A DNA stretch of 64,000 nt from an uncultured Nitrospiraceae bacterium. GTDB lineage: Bacteria; Nitrospirota; Nitrospiria; Nitrospirales; Nitrospiraceae. The position numbers and the translations under genes were made by a program. This document shows, piece by piece, positions 28,841-38,887 of the stretch (position 1 is the stretch's first letter; every line of letters starts with the position of its first letter). Below the pieces are notes generated by a model. The model was not told the origin of the DNA, made no database searches, and saw only the letters and a program-made list of their open reading frames with translations. The stretch lies in assembly GCA_963706325.1 (NCBI GenBank), contig CAVPLT010000006.1, positions 96,001 to 160,000 on the forward strand. The letters run 5' to 3'.

Positions 28841-29764
28841 ATGCCGCTAAAATTTGCCCTGTACCCCGGATGCGCAGCCAAAGGAGCCACCCCTGAACTC
28901 TATCAATCCACCATGGCCATCATCGGCCGGTTAGGCATCGAGGTCGTCGAACTCGCCGCTTCTTCATGCTGCGGCGCCGGCGTAATCGGCGAAGCCGATC
29001 CGGACCTGGCACTCGCGTTGAACGCCAGGAACTTTGCGCAGGCGGAACGGCTTGGTCTGGATGTCATGACTATCTGCGGCACCTGCCAGGGGGTGATGAG
29101 CGCAGCGAACCGGCGCCTGAAAAATGAACCGGCCACACTTGACCGGATCAATAAGGTTCTCGCGCAGGATGGGATCAATTATCACGGCGGGGTCCAGGTC
29201 AAGCATCTTCTCTGGATTGCGGTTCGGGACCTTGGTCTCACCTGCGTGGCAGACACGGTCCGATCCCCATTCCGCGACTTTCGCATCGCCCCGTTCTATG
29301 GATGTTACATGCTGCGGCCTTCCTGGGAACTGGGGTTTGATGACCCCGAAAATCCCACCTCATTGGAACAGATCATTCGTGCAGTCGGCGGGGAACCGGT
29401 CGCCTACGCGGGCCGGACCAAGTGTTGCGGGTTCCCTATCATCCTTGAAAAGGAGGCCATCGCCGTCGCCATGGCCGGGGCCAATATGAAAGACGCACGG
29501 GACCACGGCGCCGATTTCATGGTAACCCCCTGTCCGCTCTGCCATATGAGTTTGGATATTTACCAGGAACGCGCCGGACAGGCCGTCAAGACCGCTCTGA
29601 ACCTGCCGATTCTCCATCTGCCGCAGTTGCTCGGTCTTGCGATGGGAATTCCGGCGCAGGATTTGGGACTGTCGCGGCACCTCATTTCCGTCGAAAGCGT
29701 CGTCACACGTCTTCAACGAGAGAACCCTCAGAGCAACCTTTTGCCAGCGGAGCCGAAGACATGA
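28841..29764 (+). CDS. CCG-domain HdrB/SdhE-like subunit (probably the type E succinate dehydrogenase anchor)
   Basis: YPGC, SCCGAG, CGTC, FYGC, KCCG and CPLC motifs. Confidence 0.88.
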   Translation: MPLKFALYPGCAAKGATPELYQSTMAIIGRLGIEVVELAASSCCGAGVIGEADPDLALALNARNFAQAERLGLDVMTICGTCQGVMSAANRRLKNEPATLDRINKVLAQDGINYHGGVQVKHLLWIAVRDLGLTCVADTVRSPFRDFRIAPFYGCYMLRPSWELGFDDPENPTSLEQIIRAVGGEPVAYAGRTKCCGFPIILEKEAIAVAMAGANMKDARDHGADFMVTPCPLCHMSLDIYQERAGQAVKTALNLPILHLPQLLGLAMGIPAQDLGLSRHLISVESVVTRLQRENPQSNLLPAEPKT

Positions 29765-30081
29765 AGGTCATTGCCCTCTCGGATTTTCAGCAATTCAGTG
29801 CCGAGAAGATGAGGAAAAATAACCTCTTCCAGACGCCAAGATTTTTCTGCGACATCTACTGCTTTGAACCTGGCCAGGAACAGAAGGGCCATGTTCACGG
29901 CGAACAGGATAAGGTCTACCTGGTGCTGGAAGGGCAGGGCACATTTCAGGTTGGGTCAGAGAAGCAGATCCTAGGGCCAGGGCAGGGTACCATGGCTCCA
30001 GCCGGCGATGAACATGGGGTCAGGAACCACACAGACGGACGGCTCAAGGTGTTGGTATTTGTCACGCCCAATCAAGCCTAA
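29761..30081 (+). CDS. Cupin-domain protein
   Basis: GHVH..DKVYLVLEG..EHGVRN cupin motifs. ATGA overlap with the upstream stop. Confidence 0.88.
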   Translation: MKVIALSDFQQFSAEKMRKNNLFQTPRFFCDIYCFEPGQEQKGHVHGEQDKVYLVLEGQGTFQVGSEKQILGPGQGTMAPAGDEHGVRNHTDGRLKVLVFVTPNQA

Positions 30082-30420
30082 ATCCAACTGACACCCACCG
30101 TCCATGTTGAGACCCCATCACGGTCTTGCCGCCACGAGCTCGCGTGGCCAGAGCAATTGCGGTTTTTCGTCCTGAGCTCCCGCAAGAGTGGTGCTCACGC
30201 AGCTGCGGCATACCCCCTCTTGTTTTTGTCGGAATATCGAACAGCGTTTGCCGACACTCGATCATTCCCATAGGCCAGGATTCGAGGGGTGTGGCCGGCA
30301 ATCGCGTCGGCTCCCCACGTTTGCCCGCTCCACCGCGTAGATCGGATCGTCAAGGTGTGCGCCCATTAAGAGCGCTACCGCCAATAAGGCGAGCGCCATG
30401 TAGAGAATCGCGAGCGCCGT

Positions 30421-30768
30421 TCAATGCTGTGGCGAGGGAAGGCTTGCGGAAATGCAGGACTTCATGATGTCAACGAGGCACTGGGTACCGGGCATCACCG
30501 TCCCTGACGCAGCTACACTCAGTTCTTCCGGCGTGACATCTCCCTGTGCAACATCCACGAGCACGTGGTCAGGCACGCTTTCCAGGTCAACATAGCTGAC
30601 GCCGGGAACCTGCGTGAGCGCCGCGCTAATGGGCAGGCGTTGAGAGGAACAGTCTGGTCCTGACAGGGAAAGCGCCACACGCTCCCCTGAGGGTTCTGCC
30701 GCGGCGGAGTTCACAAGACCTTCCACGGCCAGAAGCATGCAGCACAATCTCATTACAGGATATCGCAT
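30421..30768 (-). CDS. Exported HMA-like (heavy-metal-associated fold) protein
   Basis: Signal peptide ending SAAA. LSLSGPDC..ISAALTQVPGVSYVD..VTPEEL fits a ferredoxin-like HMA pattern with only one Cys of the CxxC. Confidence 0.65.
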   Translation of the reverse strand: MRYPVMRLCCMLLAVEGLVNSAAAEPSGERVALSLSGPDCSSQRLPISAALTQVPGVSYVDLESVPDHVLVDVAQGDVTPEELSVAASGTVMPGTQCLVDIMKSCISASLPSPQH

Positions 30769-30824
30769 CGGCATCTCCCGACAGACAGAACCTGGAGTAA
30801 GGGTATTTGTCACTCTTCCATAGT

Positions 30825-30850
30825 CCGGCCGGCCGCAAGCGGCCGGCCGG
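30825..30850 (-). terminator. GC-rich hairpin just downstream of nirK
   Basis: CCGGCCGGCCGC-AA-GCGGCCGGCCGG, 11 nt after the nirK stop. No U-tract, so it may be a stabilising hairpin. Confidence 0.55.
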
Positions 30851-30861
30851 TCCCATGACTG

Positions 30862-31863
30862 TTATGGTTCCGAAACCCCACTGATTCCCGTTTGCGGCGT
30901 CTTCAATTCCCAAGGCACCATTGGCATCAATGGAGCCGGCTTGGCATCCGGTCCTGCCAGCAACACCGCGATGGCCCCTCGCAGCGCACCCGTCAGTGAA
31001 TGGGTGACGATCGGGTAGGCTCCGGCTGATTCCACGATGACATCGAAGGTCGCCGCGCTACCTGGACCGACCACATAGGTCTGGACGCCCTTCAGGTTAT
31101 TGGCAGGATTGCCGCTCTCATAGACGTTGTCCCAAATCTCCCCGATGGGATGCAATGAAGAAAACTCATTGGGTCCGGCATTGACGAAATAGATGCGCAC
31201 ACGCTCGCCTGGCTTGGCGTCGAGCTTCCCTCCACCCGTTACGAACGGATGGTATTTGAAGATGCCGCCATTGAAAAACATGCCATCGAATTTGCGATCG
31301 AACATGGCCTGTACATCGTCCGGATTCTTGAAATACTCAGATTGCACCAGCACGTATTCACGATCAGCCTTGGGCCAGACTTTGGCATCCTTCGGATCGA
31401 CGATGATCGCGCCGAACATGCCGCGCGCAATGTGTTGGATCATAGGAGGCGCACCGCAGTGATAAAAGAATATGCCGGGCTTCTTAGCGACGAACGTGAA
31501 ACTGATGGTTTCGCCGGCATTGACTGCTCTGTAATTTTTCAAAAAATCGATCTCCGCTGCATGGAAATCCATCGCGTGAGGATTTTTGTTCTTAGCCGGG
31601 TTGTCCAGGGTGAAATTGATGGTATCCCCTTCCGTCACCCGTACGACCGGACCGGGAACCTGCCCGTTAAACGTCCAGGCGGCATACCGCTCGCCGTTAC
31701 CCTCGATGATCACGTCCGTCTCCACCGCCGTCATTTTCACATCGTGAATCTTGGCCTGAACGGGCAATGCCATGGTGGCCATCATCCCGAGTGCTATTCC
31801 GAGCACCGATACCGTCTTACAACGGCCATGTCCGTGATTGTGCTGCCTTGCCTGATCTTGCAT
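30862..31863 (-). CDS. nirK: Copper-containing nitrite reductase
   Basis: Signal peptide; HAMDFH, YHCG..HIARGM, SLHPIGEIWD and VTHS copper/catalytic motifs. Confidence 0.9.
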   Translation of the reverse strand: MQDQARQHNHGHGRCKTVSVLGIALGMMATMALPVQAKIHDVKMTAVETDVIIEGNGERYAAWTFNGQVPGPVVRVTEGDTINFTLDNPAKNKNPHAMDFHAAEIDFLKNYRAVNAGETISFTFVAKKPGIFFYHCGAPPMIQHIARGMFGAIIVDPKDAKVWPKADREYVLVQSEYFKNPDDVQAMFDRKFDGMFFNGGIFKYHPFVTGGGKLDAKPGERVRIYFVNAGPNEFSSLHPIGEIWDNVYESGNPANNLKGVQTYVVGPGSAATFDVIVESAGAYPIVTHSLTGALRGAIAVLLAGPDAKPAPLMPMVPWELKTPQTGISGVSEP

Positions 31864-31979
31864 TCCTGCCTCCTATAATTCGATTGACTCACTCTTCACC
31901 TCTAGCTAGGTCTTCGGATGTCGTATTCGCGACGTTCGAAGTCTCTGCACATGCTGCACCATACGCAGAGCCACGGCAA

Positions 31980-32005
31980 TAAAACATGACAATTGTCATG
32001 TTTTA
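31980..32005. promoter_or_regulatory. Perfect 26 bp palindrome, Crp/Fnr-type operator candidate upstream of nirK
   Basis: TAAAACATGACAATTGTCATGTTTTA, with core ATGAC-N4-GTCAT. Confidence 0.75.
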
Positions 32006-32033
32006 CGAAATAGTCTCTCTGTCGTGAAAATAA

Positions 32034-32762
32034 TTACGTGGAAGCGAGTTGCTTGAGTCTGGGGAGGTCGCGAATGACGAGGCGGGCGGCGGTGCCGGAA
32101 ACCAGGCGATCTTTTTTGAAACGCGCCATGATCCGAATGGCGGTTTCCGTCGTTACCCCCACCATATTGGCCATATCCTGACGCGTGAGCCGAACAGACA
32201 ACCGAATGCCGTTTGAGTCCTGTACGCCGCTACGCTCGGCCAAGCCCACCAATAGGGAGGCCAGTCGTTGGTCCGCGCTGTCTAATGCAAGGACCTTGGC
32301 TTTTTCTTGTGCCTCGTTGAGGCGGTTGCCAAGATACCGAATCACTTCCATCGCCGCATCGGGATTTGCCCTCAGCATCTTGAAATAGGCCTCTTTTTTC
32401 ATCCGCAGGACACTGACGTCGCCCATCGGCTGCGCCGTTCCCGGATGAGAGGCGCCATCAAAAGCCGAGGCATCACAGCAAAAGAGATCGCCCGGCATGA
32501 GTACCTTCAGCGTGCATTCCTTCCCGTCGAGGGAAGATTTGACACACTTGACGGACCCTTCCTTGACGATATGGAAGTATTCGGTGGGGTCGCCTTCGCG
32601 GAAAATGTACTGGCCCTTCCCATATCGGGTTTCCGTCATTTCGCCCAGGACCTGTTGCCGATCCTGGGCGCTGAGGATTTTGAGGAGGGGAATCTGATTC
32701 AGTCCCGAAGGAAACTCGGCGTCGGGCTGATCAGCGGAGGATGGCTTTGACGGCTTCGACAA
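32034..32762 (-). CDS. Crp/Fnr-family transcriptional regulator
   Basis: IFREGDP..G.VK cNMP-binding-like domain; LTRQDMANMVGVTTETAIR HTH. Confidence 0.92.
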   Translation of the reverse strand: MSKPSKPSSADQPDAEFPSGLNQIPLLKILSAQDRQQVLGEMTETRYGKGQYIFREGDPTEYFHIVKEGSVKCVKSSLDGKECTLKVLMPGDLFCCDASAFDGASHPGTAQPMGDVSVLRMKKEAYFKMLRANPDAAMEVIRYLGNRLNEAQEKAKVLALDSADQRLASLLVGLAERSGVQDSNGIRLSVRLTRQDMANMVGVTTETAIRIMARFKKDRLVSGTAARLVIRDLPRLKQLAST

Positions 32763-34605
32763 TGGAGCGTACTCCGATTCCGAAATGATCGACGAGTTCC
32801 TCCGGTTTGCCGCTGCGCGGAATCTCGCGTACGGCGAGCTTTTTGACTCGCACGTCCTCTAGCGCCAGCGCACTCAGAACCGTGTCGCCGATTCCGCCAT
32901 GGGCGTAGTGATCCTCGACCGTCAAAAAGCGACCACCCGTCGCGCGGGCACAGGTGATGAGCGTCTCACGGTCGACCGGCACGATGCTGTAGAGGTCGAG
33001 CACGCGCGTAGCGATCCCGCTGGCCTTTAACTGGTCGTGCGCCTTCAGCGCTTCAAACAGGGTGACGCCTGCCGCGACGATCGTGAGCTTGTCGTCGGCG
33101 CTCTGACGAACAACCTTCGACCCGCCGATGCGGAAGGTTTCGTCGGGACCATATATCACTGCCGTCTTCGGACGGCCGGCGCGAAGATAGACCATTCCCT
33201 TGTGGGCCGCGGCTGTTTCGACCAGCTTGTACATCGAGAGGGCATCCGAGGGGTAGAGCACCGTTACCCCCGGTTGCGCCGACATCATGGCTAGATCTTC
33301 CAGCCCCATTTGTGACGGACCGTCCTCCCCGATGCTGACCCCGACGTGCGTGCCGACCAATTTGATATTCGACTGGCTGATGGCCGCCATACGAATGAAG
33401 TCGTAGGCGCGCGTGAAGAAGGCGGCAAACGTGGCGACAAACGGAATTTTTCCACAGGCCGCGATGCCGGCCGCGGCGCCCAGCATATTTTGTTCGGCAA
33501 TAAAGTTTTCGAGGAAGCGGTCGGGAAAGCGCTTGCCGAACTTTTCACTGTAGGTGGAATTCTTCACGTCGGCATCAAGGGCAACCACGAGTGGATTTGC
33601 CTCGCCGAGCGCCAGCAACGCGGCCCCGAAGGCTTCGCGAGTAGCCGCGGAGTCACCCAGCTTATAGGGTGGAGGAGCCATCGTACCCTGTGACGTGGCG
33701 GGAGCCTGCCCTGTGGTCGGCAGCATAATGTGCGGCTGAGCCGATGTAGGCTTGAGCTGGCGCGTCAATTCATCAAGGGCCTTTTGAGTCTCTTCCCCCT
33801 TCTTCAAGGGCTTCCCGTGCCAGTCCGGAAGATTTTCGATGAATGAAATGCCGTGCCCCTTAAAGGTTTTCGCCAGCAAAATCGTCGGCCGGCCTTGGGT
33901 TCGTCCCGCCTCTTGGAACGCCGCCACGAGCGCGCCGACATCATGCCCATCCACCACGATGGCATGCCAACCGAATCCAGCCCAACGGGCGCGGTAGGCC
34001 TCCATATCATGTTGGAGCATGGTGGGGCCGCTCTGGCCCAGTCGATTGACGTCAATGATGGCGCAGAGGTTATCCAAACCAGCCTGGCGGGCCACGTCAG
34101 CCGCCTCCCATACCGAGCCTTCCGCGGATTCGCCGTCGCCCATCAAGACATAGGTTCGATAGTCCGTCTTATCGATTGACTTCGCATTGAAGGCGAGACC
34201 GACCCCGGCGGGTAACCCTTGTCCCAGCGACCCGGTCGCCATGTCGACGAACGAAAGGCGTGGGGTCGGATGTCCTTCAAGATCGGAGGATAGCGTACGA
34301 AGTTTGAGCAGTTCCGACTTGGGAAACAGTCCCGCCTCCGCCCAGGCGGCATACAGTAAGGGCGCCGCGTGACCTTTTGAGAGCACAAATCGATCGCTGT
34401 TGCGCAACTTCGGATTCTTTGGGTCATACCGCATCACCGAGAAAAACAAGACCGCCACGATGTCCGCAGCTGAGCAGCAACTGGACGGGTGACCACTCCC
34501 TGCCTCGGTCGTCGCCTTCACACTATCGATGCGGAGGTGCGTAGCCTTATTGGACAGAAGGGTCAGGAGCTCAGGTGCCGGTACGGTGGCGGTCGAGGAA
34601 GTCAT
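32731..34605 (-). CDS. tkt: Transketolase
   Basis: GSGHPSS, DRFVLSKGHAAP, LEGHP, GSLGQG, GDGESAEG and IGEDGPSQM motifs. Confidence 0.95.
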   Translation of the reverse strand: MTSSTATVPAPELLTLLSNKATHLRIDSVKATTEAGSGHPSSCCSAADIVAVLFFSVMRYDPKNPKLRNSDRFVLSKGHAAPLLYAAWAEAGLFPKSELLKLRTLSSDLEGHPTPRLSFVDMATGSLGQGLPAGVGLAFNAKSIDKTDYRTYVLMGDGESAEGSVWEAADVARQAGLDNLCAIIDVNRLGQSGPTMLQHDMEAYRARWAGFGWHAIVVDGHDVGALVAAFQEAGRTQGRPTILLAKTFKGHGISFIENLPDWHGKPLKKGEETQKALDELTRQLKPTSAQPHIMLPTTGQAPATSQGTMAPPPYKLGDSAATREAFGAALLALGEANPLVVALDADVKNSTYSEKFGKRFPDRFLENFIAEQNMLGAAAGIAACGKIPFVATFAAFFTRAYDFIRMAAISQSNIKLVGTHVGVSIGEDGPSQMGLEDLAMMSAQPGVTVLYPSDALSMYKLVETAAAHKGMVYLRAGRPKTAVIYGPDETFRIGGSKVVRQSADDKLTIVAAGVTLFEALKAHDQLKASGIATRVLDLYSIVPVDRETLITCARATGGRFLTVEDHYAHGGIGDTVLSALALEDVRVKKLAVREIPRSGKPEELVDHFGIGVRSIVEAVKAILR

Positions 34606-34747
34606 GCGAGATCCTTTCAAGGTCGGAACTGATGGGTGAACGACGAGCAGAACGGAACGGCTCTTACTCGTATGAAGCTAACAAAAGGTCTGCGGGGAGT
34701 CAATGAAGGGCTCCACCGGATTCGCCCGCTTGAGCTTTCTGCGATTC

Positions 34748-34776
34748 TTGACAGGGTGGGGGCAACTCGTTAAGAT
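34748..34776 (+). promoter_or_regulatory. sigma70 promoter of the pyr operon
   Basis: TTGACA-N17-TAAGAT. Confidence 0.75.
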
Positions 34777-34782
34777 CCACTC

Positions 34783-35479
<697 letters not shown>

Positions 35480-35493
35480 TCGGAGACATTGCC

Positions 35494-36414
35494 GTGGGGC
35501 TCAAGCGGAAAGACCTGCTCAGTTTGACCGTGCTCTCGGCGGCCGACATCACCTTGATCCTGGACACGGCGGACTCGTTCAAGGAAGTCTCAGGACGAGA
35601 GATCAAGAAGGTGCCGGCTTTGCGGGGCAAGACCGTCGTGAACCTCTTCTTCGAGCCTAGCACGAGAACCAGGACCTCGTTTGAATTGGCCGCCAAACGA
35701 CTGAGCGCTGATGTCATCAATTTTTCCCCCTCTTCCAGCAGTATCGTGAAGGGCGAAACGTTGTTGGACACCGCTCGCAACATCGAAGCCATGCAGGCAG
35801 ACATTATCGTCTTGCGGCATCCTTCGGCCGGCGCAGCCGAAACCCTTGCGCGCGGCGTGAAATCATCCGTGATCAATGCCGGCGACGGATGGCATGAACA
35901 CCCCACACAGGCCTTGCTGGACCTGTATACGATTCGCGGCCGGGGGATGGGATTCGCGGGCCTTCGCGTCGCGATTGTCGGCGATGTGGCCCATAGCCGC
36001 GTGGCCCGTTCGAACATCTTTGCCTTGACAAAGCTCGGAGCGGAGGTGCGGGTGGTGGGGCCTCCGACCATGATTCCCTTGCACATCGACCAGCTCGGCG
36101 TGCGGGTGTACCACAACCTGGACGAGGCCCTTCGAGGGGTTCAGGTGATCATGATGTTGCGGCTCCAACTGGAGCGGCAAGGCCGGGCGCTGTTTCCCAC
36201 GATCCGTGAATATGCGCGGCAGTACGGATTGACGAGTGACCGTGTAAAACTTGCGGAACCAGGTGCCATCGTCATGCATCCCGGTCCGATCAATCGAGGC
36301 GTCGAAATAGCTCCGGATGTGGCGGACAGTATTTCATCCGTCATTCTGGATCAGGTGGCGAACGGAGTGGCGGTGCGAATGGGGATCCTTTATTTGATGT
36401 CAGGCGCTGGCTAG
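35494..36414 (+). CDS. pyrB: Aspartate carbamoyltransferase catalytic subunit
   Basis: [20 protein letters not shown] and MHPGP motifs. Confidence 0.97.
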   Translation: MGLKRKDLLSLTVLSAADITLILDTADSFKEVSGREIKKVPALRGKTVVNLFFEPSTRTRTSFELAAKRLSADVINFSPSSSSIVKGETLLDTARNIEAMQADIIVLRHPSAGAAETLARGVKSSVINAGDGWHEHPTQALLDLYTIRGRGMGFAGLRVAIVGDVAHSRVARSNIFALTKLGAEVRVVGPPTMIPLHIDQLGVRVYHNLDEALRGVQVIMMLRLQLERQGRALFPTIREYARQYGLTSDRVKLAEPGAIVMHPGPINRGVEIAPDVADSISSVILDQVANGVAVRMGILYLMSGAG

Positions 36415-36532
36415 CGATGAAATGATAGATGGGGTAAGAGATTGGGAATGACGATGAACCATGAGTCCGGGCGCCGCGCATGTTCCGCGAGTGTGTTGAG
36501 CCTGACGTTTTTGCTGTGGGTCTGCGCGGGTC

Positions 36533-36841
36533 ATGTGGGACCTTCAACAATTGGCAAAAACTCCTGATGAACTCCAGGCATTGCACCAATTCAAAGCCGA
36601 GCATCCGGATGTGAACAGCGAGGATGATTTGAGCATGGCCCTGGAAGCGTATCGCGCCGCCAAACTGAGAAAGCGGGCGTTGGCGATTCGATTTCGTCAT
36701 CGATACCCCAACACGACTGCCGAAGAGGTGAACATCCTCGTCGACGACCAGGTGGCGAGGGAAGGTCCCTATCCGGCAGCGGCGCCGATGGACTGCATGA
36801 ATACAGGCGCGGCCTCCTTGACAACCACGAGCTGCAATTGA
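36533..36841 (+). CDS. Hypothetical protein within the pyr operon, possibly with a frameshifted N-terminus
   Basis: 102 aa ORF fills the pyrB-pyrC gap. A signal-peptide-like stretch (SVLSLTFLLWVCAG) lies just upstream in another frame. Confidence 0.5.
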   Translation: MWDLQQLAKTPDELQALHQFKAEHPDVNSEDDLSMALEAYRAAKLRKRALAIRFRHRYPNTTAEEVNILVDDQVAREGPYPAAAPMDCMNTGAASLTTTSCN

Positions 36842-36857
36842 CAGGAGAAAAACCTAA

Positions 36858-38159
36858 TTGCGTGACAGAACGATTCTGATCAAGGGCGGACATGTGATCG
36901 ATCCCGGGCGGTTCAACGGCATCGCGGACGTCTTGATCGAGGACGGGAAAATTTCAGCGGTGGCGCCGACGCTCACTGCGCCAGCCGGCGCGCCGGTGAT
37001 TCAAGCGGCCGGCCTGCTGGTACTCCCAGGCTTCGTCGATCTCCACGTCCATTTTCGCGAGCCCGGATTTGAATATAAAGAGACGATTCAGTCCGGGACC
37101 GCTGCGGCCGTTGCGGGTGGTTTTACCTCCGTCTGCGCTATGCCCAATACCAACCCGGTGAACGACAATCAGTCGATCACCGAATTTATGCTTGATCGAG
37201 CGCGAGCCGCCGGCAACGCCCATTTGTATCCGATCGGCGCCATCACCAAGGGATCGGAAGGCAAAGAGCTGGCGGAAATTGGAGACCTGCGCCGCGCCGG
37301 TTGTGTCGCGATTTCCGACGACGGGAAACCGGTGATGAATAGTCTCGTGATGCGGCGGGCCATGGAATATGCCCGGGCCTTCGATGTGCCGGTCGTCGAT
37401 CATTGCGAGGATTTGCACCTCTCAGAGGGCGGTTGCATGAATGAAGGGTTGCTTTCGACTGAGCTCGGATTGCCTGGGATTCCCTCAGCGGCGGAGGATG
37501 TGATGGTGGCGCGTAATGTGTCGCTCGCCGAGCTCACGGGAGCCAGGCTGCATCTGGCTCACATCAGCACCGCTGGTTCGGTGCGCATGGTGCGGGAGGC
37601 GAAATCACGCGGTCTTAAGGTCACGGCTGAAGCCTGCCCTCATCATTTCACCCTTACCGAGGAGCTCACACGCGGATACAACACCCATGCGAAAATGAAT
37701 CCTCCACTGAGGACCTGGCAAGACGTGCAGGCCATCAAGGAAGGACTCCGTGACGGGACCATCGACGTCATCGCGACCGACCATGCCCCGCATGCGACAC
37801 AAGAAAAACAGCAAGAGTTTACCGAGGCGCCGTTCGGGATTGTCGGGTTGGAAACTGCGTTGTCGCTGACACTCGCCCTGGTCGAGGAAGGTGTGCTCAC
37901 GATCGAATCGGCCGTAGAGAAACTCGCGACGGCACCGGCCAAGGCCTTCAGCCTCGATGCCGGCACCTTGGCAGTGGGCGCTCCGGCCGACGTGGTCATT
38001 GTCGATGAACACAAACAATGGGAAGTGGACCCCTCACGGTTTCGCTCCAAAAGCCGCAATACGCCCTTCGCCGGATGGAAGCTGAAGGGGCGGGTCACGA
38101 CGACGATCGTGGCTGGTCGAGTAGTCTTCGAACTTGAGCAGCCCGGACGACAGGCGTAG
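36858..38159 (+). CDS. pyrC: Dihydroorotase
   Basis: DLHVHFREPG, MPNT, HCED, KMNPPLR and ATDHAPH motifs. Confidence 0.95.
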   Translation: MRDRTILIKGGHVIDPGRFNGIADVLIEDGKISAVAPTLTAPAGAPVIQAAGLLVLPGFVDLHVHFREPGFEYKETIQSGTAAAVAGGFTSVCAMPNTNPVNDNQSITEFMLDRARAAGNAHLYPIGAITKGSEGKELAEIGDLRRAGCVAISDDGKPVMNSLVMRRAMEYARAFDVPVVDHCEDLHLSEGGCMNEGLLSTELGLPGIPSAAEDVMVARNVSLAELTGARLHLAHISTAGSVRMVREAKSRGLKVTAEACPHHFTLTEELTRGYNTHAKMNPPLRTWQDVQAIKEGLRDGTIDVIATDHAPHATQEKQQEFTEAPFGIVGLETALSLTLALVEEGVLTIESAVEKLATAPAKAFSLDAGTLAVGAPADVVIVDEHKQWEVDPSRFRSKSRNTPFAGWKLKGRVTTTIVAGRVVFELEQPGRQA

Positions 38160-38212
38160 CAAAGGCCACTGAAACAGAGATATGTAAGTTCGAGATGACA
38201 GGCAGTGTGCCC

Positions 38213-38360
38213 GCAGGAGGTTCAAAAAGGCCGTCCAGCGAGGCCGCAGCGAGGCGCACGGCGCGAGGAATAACGAGCGCCACGTTTGTGAACGCCGCCG
38301 AGATGATGAGGCGGCAGTGTCTTGCGAAAACAACGCGGGCGGACTTTTTCAACATTCTGT
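38213..38360 (-). repeat. Structured intergenic repeat (variant shared with 7864-8054)
   Basis: GCAGGAGGTTCAAAAAG..GGCCGCAGCGAGGCGCACGGCGCGAGGAATAACGAGCGCCA..CTTTTTCAACATTCTGT. Confidence 0.85.
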
Positions 38361-38374
38361 TAGGGGCGAGGATT

Positions 38375-38878
38375 GTGCGACAAGGACTGATCGCCTGCAT
38401 CACCTGTGAGTTGCTCGCCCTAGCCATCTGGATCGGCGGCCTCGTGGTGCTGATCGCAGCCGTCATTCCGGCGGTGTTCAATACGTTCGGCGGGCAGGAT
38501 ACGGGCGGCTTCTTCCTGACAAGAGCCTTTGACGGATATAATCGGTTGGTGCTCGGGGCGGCGACGGTGTTGACCCTAGGAGTTCTATGGCGGGCTTGGC
38601 TCGTCCAGCAAGGTCTGGTGGATGGTGAAATTTCCAGAACGGAATGGCTGCTGCTTGGAGGAATGCTTCTCGCGGCTGGGGTGATCACGTTTGTGCTGCA
38701 TCCCCAGGCCGCAGCCCTGCAAGCCCTAGCTTTCGCCTCCAAGGGTGAGGAAGCGAGAAAAGCGGCCTTCGAAGCGTTCTTTCAGATGCACAAACCGATG
38801 CGGATTCTGTACATCGTCAATGTGGGACTCGGCATCGCATTGCTGACCGTGCGCGTGCGATTATGGATTCCTCGTTAA
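38375..38878 (+). CDS. DUF4149/TMEM205-like membrane protein
   Basis: WIGG..P.VF..AG..F..Y pattern, four TMs and F..MH near the C-terminus. Confidence 0.7.
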   Translation: MRQGLIACITCELLALAIWIGGLVVLIAAVIPAVFNTFGGQDTGGFFLTRAFDGYNRLVLGAATVLTLGVLWRAWLVQQGLVDGEISRTEWLLLGGMLLAAGVITFVLHPQAAALQALAFASKGEEARKAAFEAFFQMHKPMRILYIVNVGLGIALLTVRVRLWIPR

Positions 38879-38887
38879 GGAGTGAAG

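Noticed and set aside
30085..30420. ORFs 30126-30467 and 30062-30301 between the cupin and HMA genes
   Set aside because: Low-complexity Arg/Pro-rich translations with no RBS or motif; treated as intergenic.
38195..38374. 60 aa N-terminal extension of the DUF4149-like gene
   Set aside because: It runs through the repeat at 38213-38360; GTG 38375 with a GAGG RBS is the better start.
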